Virus record (IMG/VR): IMGVR_UViG_3300029006_000029
Strand: one strand, 5' to 3'
DNA length: 5,219 bases
DNA from: a virus
Lineage: Duplodnaviria; Heunggongvirae; Uroviricota; Caudoviricetes
Shown here: positions 1-5,219 of the stretch, piece by piece
Layout: each line of letters starts with the position of its first letter
Position numbering within the stretch: position 1 is the first letter of the stretch
Notes under the pieces: generated by a model
Databases searched by the model: none
What the model was told of the DNA's origin: nothing
Seen by the model: only the letters and a program-made list of their open reading frames with translations
Program-made: the position numbers and the translations under genes

Positions 1-178
1 GGTTTTTTTATGCGTAATGCACAGCCACATTCAGATTATGGTGGGGCGTGCAGGGCAGCCGAAAGGCTGGCCGGTTTCGGTAGTCACCGGTATTTCCACC
101 CCTGTACGTCTCACCACCCTTATGGTCGTGGAAAGCCTTGGTGGTGAGTTATTTAAACTGACTATCGAGGCTGCCATC

Positions 179-478
179 ATGGCTACTATCCCTGCCCTTT
201 CTCACCCTGACGTAACCATCGAAAATGGACGCGCTGTCACTACGTCTATTGCGATCGCTGAGTTCTTTGGTAAACGCCACGAACGAGTGTTGGATAAAAT
301 TCGCAATCTGGACTGTTCAGCAAAATTCACTGAGCACAATTTTGTGTCGAGCGAATATACCGACTCAACCGGTCGCAAACTCCCAATGTACCAAATCACC
401 AAAAACGGCTTCGTTTTCCTGGTGATGGGCTTCACCGGCAAAAAAGCCGCTGCATTTAAAGAATGCCTACATCGCTGA
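179..478 (+). CDS. rha: Rha-family phage regulatory protein, N-terminal part; gene interrupted by an apparent 1-nt frameshift near 464 and continued in ORF 489..737
   Basis: Track ORF 17..478, trimmed to the in-frame ATG at 179 because GAGG at 167-170 is the only start with a Shine-Dalgarno-like motif. Product from 179 (MATIPALSHPDVTIENGRAVTTSIAIAEFFGKRHERVLDKIRNL...PMYQITKNGFVFLVMGFTGKKAAAFKE) matches the conserved N-terminal Rha domain as I recall it. The frame ends at TGA 476-478 just where the Rha consensus (FKEAYIAEFNRME) would continue. Confidence 0.6.
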   Translation: MATIPALSHPDVTIENGRAVTTSIAIAEFFGKRHERVLDKIRNLDCSAKFTEHNFVSSEYTDSTGRKLPMYQITKNGFVFLVMGFTGKKAAAFKECLHR

Positions 479-488
479 GTTCGATCGC

Positions 489-737
489 ATGGAGAAAGAA
501 CTGCGCCAGAATAACGCCCCGTCTCCCGACAAAATGATTCACGGGGACGGACGTACCCTGGTTATCCGTCTCGACAAACACGGCAATATCAAATTCACTG
601 AAACCGTTCCGGACGGCGCAATGGTCTGCACCCTGGATACCTTCCAGTTTTATCTGGAGAAACAAGGCTGGACTCTTGTAAACCGGAGCGCAATTAAAAA
701 TATGACTGTGGAGCAATTACTAAAAATTCATTGTTGA
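489..737 (+). CDS. rha: Rha-family phage regulatory protein, C-terminal part (downstream fragment of the frameshifted gene)
   Basis: Track ORF 489..737 (82 aa). Its frame is open upstream to 426 and reads ...AYIAEFDRMEKELRQ... from 465, exactly continuing the Rha motif that breaks off in the 179..478 frame after FKE (455-463). One extra base around 464 separates the two frames. Stop TGA at 735-737. Confidence 0.55.
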   Translation: MEKELRQNNAPSPDKMIHGDGRTLVIRLDKHGNIKFTETVPDGAMVCTLDTFQFYLEKQGWTLVNRSAIKNMTVEQLLKIHC

Positions 738-747
738 GGACGCGATA

Positions 748-936
748 ATGGAAACGTTATTACCAAACGTTAATACGTCTGAAGGTTGTTTTGATATTGG
801 TGTTCTGCTCAGTAACCGGGAGTTTACTGAAGATGCCATTAAGATGAGAAAATATGAACCTTATCTTCTCAATGATAATTCCATACTTTCCAGAATTGCC
901 CTTCTTGAACTTGGTATTATCGGAGAACAGCAGTGA
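748..936 (+). CDS. hypothetical small protein (62 aa)
   Basis: ATG at 748 preceded by GAGGA (736-740) at about 7 nt spacing; starts 10 nt after the Rha stop, co-oriented with the operon. Sequence is visibly AT-rich. No family recognised. Confidence 0.45.
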   Translation: METLLPNVNTSEGCFDIGVLLSNREFTEDAIKMRKYEPYLLNDNSILSRIALLELGIIGEQQ

Positions 937-1121
937 CCTCAGCATTTGCACTGGTGATGACCGTTTTTCTTATAACGGGTGAGCCGCAGAATGTGATTAC
1001 CGGAATTTATGACAGTAAGTCATCCTGCATTCAGGTAAGGGACGAACAAAAAATCCCCGGTGAATGCCTCCCGTTAAAAAAAGTATCGCTGTACCTGAAT
1101 AACGAAATACCGGCTGGATAA
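933..1121 (+). CDS. hypothetical small protein with hydrophobic N-terminus (possible signal peptide or membrane anchor), 62 aa
   Basis: GTG start at 933 overlaps the upstream stop (GTGA, 933-936), a classic translational-coupling arrangement; GGAG at 922-925. N-terminus MTSAFALVMTVFLITG is hydrophobic; two Cys in the tail (SSCIQV...PGEC). An alternative start is the in-frame ATG at 957. No family recognised. Confidence 0.4.
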   Translation: MTSAFALVMTVFLITGEPQNVITGIYDSKSSCIQVRDEQKIPGECLPLKKVSLYLNNEIPAG

Positions 1122-1213
1122 CCCACCAGCCATATTAACGCCATACCAACGGATTAAAAATGCCAGCAATGGCAGGGATTCGTACAACCTTAAAATAGTA
1201 ATGAGGTTTATCA

Positions 1214-3757
1214 ATGAGCACTGATAAAGAAACTTTTGCACTATATTGCGAAGCAAAAAATGACAAGGTCAGAAAACGCCTTGGGATTAAAGGTGGTTTT
1301 TACTGGACTACAGCAAAAAAATTATCTGTTGCCATCTCCCGCTGCATTACCGCAATGGATGATAATGATTATGACGAGGACGACTTTAAAAAACCTGTTC
1401 GCGTCCATTTACCCGTTGTGAATGACCTTCCTCCAGAAGGCGTGTTTGATACTGAATTCTGCAACCGTTACGAAAAAGGCGGGGAAGATGGTATCACAAT
1501 GATATTTATAGCTCCTTCCCCTTCAGCTCAGGACAAACCTGCCAGCACTGACAATACCAGCAGCGAAGCTGTTACAGGTGTCAGCCGTGACTGCGATGAA
1601 CAAAGTGACTCTCAGACAGAGAACGCAGATAAAAGCGAATCCCCGGACAGCAACGATGACTGCCCTGAATGTGAAATCCCCGTCTCCACCCTGAGTCTTA
1701 CCCATCGCTTCCTGCACCTCTACTTCTTTGGTCAGGAGTTCGACGAGAAATACAAACATCACGCCACACCAGAACAACGCAAGGACGTGATCCGCATCGA
1801 AATGGATATGGAAGATGGAAACATACAGAGCCTGCTTACTGCAGTACGTTCGCATCCTGAGCTGGATAAGCTGACAAACCATCATCTTGGAAGACTGGCG
1901 CATTCGGTGGAAAAGGCATTCACTCACGCAACAACACGCCGTATCAGCCCGGCAGAATTCGACAAGTTCATTTCCACCTGGATGAAGACTGACTACCTTG
2001 ATCAGGGGCTGTTGACAAAAGAGTGGGCAAAGGGAAATTGCGTATCTGAAATCAATCGCACCCCGTCCGGCGCTAATGCTGGCGGAGGAATTCTTACCGA
2101 TCGCGGTGAAGGTTTTGTCCACGATGATGCGTCAGTGGAACGTGACGTTGCCGCTGGCGTTCTGGCCCGTTCAATGGACATCGATATTTACAATCCACAT
2201 CCGGCACACGCCAAACGCATTGAAGAAATCGTTTCAGAGAATAAGCCGCCCTTTTCTGTTTTTCGTGACAAATTCATCGCCATGCCTGGTCACCTGGATT
2301 ATTCCCGCGCGATAGTAGTTGCGTCCGTGAAAGAAGCACCAATTGGTATCGAGGCTACTCCCCACCGTGTTACCGAATATCTGAACAAAGTACTGACCGA
2401 AACCGATCATGCCAACCCTGATCCGGAAATCGTGGATATTGCCTGCGGTCGCTCCTCTGCCCCTATCCCGCAGCGTGTAACAAAAGAAGGAAAACAGGAT
2501 GATGAAGAAAAACCGCAGCCATCTGGCGCAATGGCAGATGAACAGGCAACGACTGAAGCAGTGGAACCGGATACAACTGAACATAATCAGGACACGCAGT
2601 CGATGGATGCTCAGCCACAGATAAATTCTGTTGATGCGAAATATCAGAAACTGCGTGCAGAACTCTATGAAGCCAGGAAAAACATTCCACCCAAAAATCC
2701 TGTCGATGCAGATAAATTACTGGCTGCTTCTCACGGAGAATTTGTTGAAGGGATTAGCGACCCGAATGATCCAAAATGGGTGAAGGGGATTGAAACCCGC
2801 GATTCGGTGAACCATAACCAGCAAGAAACGGAACAGAAAGGCCATAAAGCGGAACAACACAGTCCAAATGCGCAACAAAACGAGCCAGAAACGAAACAGC
2901 CTGAACCAGTAGCGCAACAGGAACCGGAAAAAGTCTGCACAGCCTGCGGTCAGATCGGCGGCGGCAACTGTCCTGACTGTGGCGCGGTGATGGGCGACGC
3001 AACATACCATGAGACATTCAACGAAGAAAGCCAGGATGAAGCCCGGGAAAAAGATCCGGAGGAAATGGAAAGTGCCGGACTCCCGAACAAGGAGTGCACC
3101 GAAGGCGATCAACATGCCAATGGCAATAATGAAACAGGCGAGACAGCAAATCTCTTAATTAAGGTGAACGGTCATCGTGAAATCACATCCACCAGCAGGT
3201 TGTGGCACCATCTGATGATTGACCTTGAAACAATGGGCAAAAATCCTGACGCACCAATAGCCTCAATAGGCGCTGTATTTTTCGATCCACAAACCGGAGA
3301 TATGGGACCGGAATTTAGTAAGACTATCGATCTGGAAACTGCTGGCGGAGTCATTGATCGGGACACCATTAAATGGTGGCTTAAGCAATCACGCGAAGCG
3401 CAATCTGCCATTATGACCGATGAAATCCCGTTAGATGATGCACTGTTACAATTGCGGGAATTTATCGACGAAAACTCCGGTGAATTTTATGTTCAGGTCT
3501 GGGGAAATGGAGCCAACTTCGACAACACGATTTTGCGCCGTTCATACGAACGGCAGGGGATCCCCTGCCCGTGGCGTTACTACAACGATCGCGATGTACG
3601 CACAATCGTTGAGCTGGGGAAAGCCATAGACTTCGATGCCAGAACGGCTATTCCATTCGAAGGTGAGCGCCATAATGCACTTGATGACGCCCGTTACCAG
3701 GCAAAATACGTTTCAGTTATCTGGCAAAAACTGATCCCGAGTCAGGCTGATTCTTAA
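1214..3757 (+). CDS. large phage exonuclease, RecE-like (exodeoxyribonuclease VIII-like) N-terminal and central region with a C-terminal DEDDh (DnaQ/RNase T-like) 3'-5' exonuclease domain
   Basis: 847-aa ORF; ATG 1214 with GAGG at 1203-1206. Segments such as [21 protein letters not shown]...SGANAGGG...[50 protein letters not shown] and [13 protein letters not shown] match my unverified recollection of the N-terminal region of Rac RecE. The C-terminal ~190 aa carry DEDDh motifs: MIDLETMG (D at 3221-3223, E at 3227-3229), [12 protein letters not shown] (D at 3521-3523), HNALDDARY (H at 3671-3673, D at 3686-3688). Stop TAA 3755-3757. Confidence 0.9.
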   Translation: MSTDKETFALYCEAKNDKVRKRLGIKGGFYWTTAKKLSVAISRCITAMDDNDYDEDDFKKPVRVHLPVVNDLPPEGVFDTEFCNRYEKGGEDGITMIFIAPSPSAQDKPASTDNTSSEAVTGVSRDCDEQSDSQTENADKSESPDSNDDCPECEIPVSTLSLTHRFLHLYFFGQEFDEKYKHHATPEQRKDVIRIEMDMEDGNIQSLLTAVRSHPELDKLTNHHLGRLAHSVEKAFTHATTRRISPAEFDKFISTWMKTDYLDQGLLTKEWAKGNCVSEINRTPSGANAGGGILTDRGEGFVHDDASVERDVAAGVLARSMDIDIYNPHPAHAKRIEEIVSENKPPFSVFRDKFIAMPGHLDYSRAIVVASVKEAPIGIEATPHRVTEYLNKVLTETDHANPDPEIVDIACGRSSAPIPQRVTKEGKQDDEEKPQPSGAMADEQATTEAVEPDTTEHNQDTQSMDAQPQINSVDAKYQKLRAELYEARKNIPPKNPVDADKLLAASHGEFVEGISDPNDPKWVKGIETRDSVNHNQQETEQKGHKAEQHSPNAQQNEPETKQPEPVAQQEPEKVCTACGQIGGGNCPDCGAVMGDATYHETFNEESQDEAREKDPEEMESAGLPNKECTEGDQHANGNNETGETANLLIKVNGHREITSTSRLWHHLMIDLETMGKNPDAPIASIGAVFFDPQTGDMGPEFSKTIDLETAGGVIDRDTIKWWLKQSREAQSAIMTDEIPLDDALLQLREFIDENSGEFYVQVWGNGANFDNTILRRSYERQGIPCPWRYYNDRDVRTIVELGKAIDFDARTAIPFEGERHNALDDARYQAKYVSVIWQKLIPSQADS
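3182..3754 (+). other. DEDDh-type 3'-5' exonuclease domain (C-terminal domain of the 1214..3757 ORF)
   Basis: Exo I D-x-E (DLE in LMIDLETMG), Exo II ([13 protein letters not shown]) and Exo III H-x4-D (HNALDD) occur in canonical order and spacing within about 190 residues. Confidence 0.8.
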
Positions 3758-3768
3758 TGTTCAACTGT

Positions 3769-3800
3769 CGCCGGTTGTGACTGGTATTCTGCAACCGGCG
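3769..3800 (+). repeat. perfect 9-bp GC-rich inverted repeat (CGCCGGTTG / CAACCGGCG) with a 14-nt loop, between the exonuclease gene and xis
   Basis: Read directly: 3769-3777 CGCCGGTTG and 3792-3800 CAACCGGCG are exact reverse complements. No U-tract follows, so it is not a textbook intrinsic terminator. Confidence 0.5.
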
Positions 3801-3829
3801 CTCGTCTAATGTAAGAGATAAAGAAATCG

Positions 3830-4081
3830 ATGAGCGAAGTAATCATGATTGTCTCTCCCGGCAAATGGGTATCCGAAGAGCAGTTAATTGCGCTGAAAGG
3901 AATAAAAAAAGGTACGTTAAAAAAGGCCCGGGAAAAATCGTTTATGGAAGGAAGGGAATATAAGCATGTCGCTCATGACGGTATGCCATGGGATAACAGC
4001 CCATGCTTTTACAACCTGGAAGAAATTGATCGCTGGATTGAGCGCCAGGCATCAGCGAGACCAAGACGTCATCTTACTTGA
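3830..4081 (+). CDS. xis: excisionase-like protein (Xis), 83 aa
   Basis: Small ORF immediately upstream of and co-oriented with the integrase. Product (MSEVIMIVSPGKWVSEEQLIALKGIKKGTLKKAREKSFMEGREYKHVAHDGMPWDNSPCFYNLEEIDRWIERQ...) has the size and basic/aromatic character of phage excisionases. Alternative start ATG at 3845. Stop TGA 4079-4081. Confidence 0.75.
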   Translation: MSEVIMIVSPGKWVSEEQLIALKGIKKGTLKKAREKSFMEGREYKHVAHDGMPWDNSPCFYNLEEIDRWIERQASARPRRHLT

Positions 4082-4115
4082 CTAAAAGCCACACTAACTA
4101 ATGAGAGAAGTTGAA

Positions 4116-5219
4116 ATGAAATATCCGACAGGCGTGGAAAACCATGGAGGGAAATTACGTATCTGGTTTGTTTATAAAGGCGTAAGAGTCAGGGAAAATC
4201 TGGGGGTTCCTGACACAGCAAAAAACAGGCGCGTNNNNNNNNNNCTACGCGCCTCTGTTTGTTACGCAATAAAAACTGGTGTTTTCGACTATGCAAAACA
4301 GTTTCCCTCCTCACGCAATCTGGAAAAATTTGGTGAGGCCCGACAAGATTTAACCATAAAAGAACTGGCTGAAAAATTTCTGGCACTGAAAGAAACTGAA
4401 GTCGCAAAAACATCACTCAACACATACCGTGCCGTCATCAAAAATATCCTGAGCATAATCGGTGAAAAAAATCTTGCCTCATCGATTAATAAAGAAAAAT
4501 TACTGGAGGTTCGTAAAGAGCTACTGACTGGATACCAGATCCCCAAAAGTAACTATATTGTTACACAACCAGGGAGATCGGCTGTAACTGTAAATAATTA
4601 CATGACAAATCTTAACGCCGTGTTCCAGTTTGGTGTTGATAACGGTTACTTGGCAGATAACCCGTTTAAGGGGATCTCGCCATTAAAGGAATCAAGAACC
4701 ATTCCGGATCCTCTTTCGCGGGAGGAATTCATCCGTCTTATCGATGCGTGCAGAAATCAGCAAGCCAAAAATTTATGGTGTGTTTCTGTTTATACTGGCG
4801 TTCGCCCTGGTGAGCTGTGTGCACTTGGATGGGAGGACATAGATCTGAAAAATGGAACAATGATGATCAGGAGAAATTTAGCAAAAGACCGTTTCACGGT
4901 ACCAAAAACACAGGCGGGAACCAATCGGGTCATTCATCTTATTAAGCCAGCAATCGACGCTCTCCGGAGTCAGATGACATTAACGAGACTGAGCAAAGAG
5001 CATATCATTGATGTTCACCTCAGAGAGTATGGCAGAACAGAAAAACAAAAATGCACCTTTGTTTTTCAACCTGAAGTGTCAGCGAGAGTAAAAAATTATG
5101 GTGACCATTTTACCGTTGACTCAATAAGGCAGATGTGGGACGCAGCGATAAAACGTGCCGGACTCCGCCATCGAAAATCATATCAGTCGAGACATACTTA
5201 TGCCTGCTGGTCGCTGACA
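4116..5219 (+). CDS. int: phage integrase, tyrosine recombinase family; 3'-partial (runs off the window end), contains a 10-N run
   Basis: Hand-translated from ATG 4116 (purine-rich GAGAGAAG just upstream; another in-frame ATG at 4101). The frame stays open for 368 codons to 5219, reading through the N-run. N-terminus MKYPTGVENHGGKLRIWFVYKGVRVREN resembles Rac-type IntR as I recall it. Box I motif VYTGVRPGELCAL is present (catalytic Arg codon 4803-4805) and box II begins at SRHTYACWSL at the window edge; the catalytic Tyr lies beyond the window. Absent from the ORF track because there is no in-window stop. Confidence 0.9.
   Translation, partial: MKYPTGVENHGGKLRIWFVYKGVRVRENLGVPDTAKNRRXXXXLRASVCYAIKTGVFDYAKQFPSSRNLEKFGEARQDLTIKELAEKFLALKETEVAKTSLNTYRAVIKNILSIIGEKNLASSINKEKLLEVRKELLTGYQIPKSNYIVTQPGRSAVTVNNYMTNLNAVFQFGVDNGYLADNPFKGISPLKESRTIPDPLSREEFIRLIDACRNQQAKNLWCVSVYTGVRPGELCALGWEDIDLKNGTMMIRRNLAKDRFTVPKTQAGTNRVIHLIKPAIDALRSQMTLTRLSKEHIIDVHLREYGRTEKQKCTFVFQPEVSARVKNYGDHFTVDSIRQMWDAAIKRAGLRHRKSYQSRHTYACWSLT
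4235..4244. other. run of 10 ambiguous bases (N) - assembly gap or masked bases inside the integrase gene
   Basis: Literal nnnnnnnnnn in the sequence. The integrase frame is maintained across it (GTN codon plus three NNN codons), so the run's length is compatible with the true sequence. Confidence 0.95.

Noticed and set aside
17-178. N-terminal 54-codon extension of track ORF 17..478 (MHSHIQIMVGRAGQPKGW...)
   Set aside because: No Shine-Dalgarno motif at 17, 38 or 122, and the extension has no Rha-like sequence. The ATG at 179 has GAGG upstream and begins the conserved Rha domain.
202-441. Minus-strand ORF 202..441 (79 aa) and plus-strand ORF 225..425 (66 aa) overlapping rha
   Set aside because: Both lie entirely within the Rha-domain coding region in other frames, with no start signals and low-complexity products; treated as shadow ORFs.
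456-716. Minus-strand ORF 456..716 (86 aa)
   Set aside because: Antisense to the Rha C-terminal fragment; no independent support.
760-951. Minus-strand ORF 760..951 (63 aa)
   Set aside because: Antisense to the 748..936 ORF; the plus-strand ORF has a ribosome-binding site and operon context, this one does not.
1122-1213. Promoter or terminator in the spacer before the exonuclease gene
   Set aside because: Only a weak 5-bp palindrome (TGCCA-GCAA-TGGCA) and no convincing -35/-10 pair at proper spacing.
1074-1256. Minus-strand ORF 1074..1256 (60 aa)
   Set aside because: Spans the intergenic region and the 5' end of the exonuclease gene on the opposite strand; no ribosome-binding site; likely spurious.
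1523-3411. Minus-strand ORFs inside the exonuclease gene (1523..2122, 2234..2584, 2463..2690, 2717..3115, 2731..2940, 2754..3017, 3172..3411)
   Set aside because: Antisense shadow ORFs with Cys/Arg/Phe-rich, low-complexity products typical of reverse-strand reading of an acidic coding region.
1236-3629. Plus-strand alternative-frame ORFs inside the exonuclease gene (1236..1421, 2076..2315, 3435..3629)
   Set aside because: Nested in other frames of a gene whose main frame shows strong motif-level coding evidence; no sign of overlapping genes.
3215-3757. Internal ATG at 3215 (M of MIDLETMG) as an independent start for the DEDDh domain
   Set aside because: No Shine-Dalgarno-like sequence precedes it and the frame is continuous with the upstream 667 codons; separate expression cannot be supported from sequence alone.
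3769-3800. Inverted repeat as a rho-independent terminator
   Set aside because: The stem is followed by gctcgtctaatg rather than a U-tract, and the loop is long (14 nt), so a classical intrinsic terminator is not supported; kept only as an unexplained stem-loop.
4189-4546. Minus-strand ORFs 4189..4416 and 4289..4546, the only track ORFs in the integrase region
   Set aside because: Antisense to the clearly coding plus-strand integrase frame; one reads through the N-run.
1-5219. CRISPR array, tRNA/rRNA genes, or IS/transposon ends
   Set aside because: No regularly spaced direct repeats, no tRNA-like cloverleaf candidates, and no terminal inverted repeats flanking a transposase-like ORF were seen.

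Overview
This window looks like the integrase-proximal end of a lambdoid (Rac-like) prophage from an enterobacterium, with every supported gene on the + strand in an early-left-operon layout. In order: a Rha-family regulatory gene split by an apparent 1-nt frameshift (179..478 and 489..737); two small, AT-rich, translationally coupled hypothetical ORFs (748..936, 933..1121); one 847-aa ORF (1214..3757) with a RecE-like N-terminal region, an acidic low-complexity linker carrying a Cys4 zinc-ribbon motif, and a C-terminal domain with all three DEDDh (DnaQ-like) 3'-5' exonuclease motifs; an excisionase-like gene (3830..4081); and a tyrosine integrase (4116..>5219) that runs off the window end and is therefore missing from the supplied ORF track. 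The integrase contains a 10-N run (4235..4244). The most interesting point is that the exonuclease appears to pair a RecE-type scaffold with a DEDDh nuclease instead of the canonical RecE PD-(D/E)XK domain, with no annealase gene before xis-int. No tRNA, rRNA, CRISPR array or IS element is visible, and the att core should lie beyond the 3' edge. All family assignments rest on motifs read by eye and on memory of these families; no database search was run.
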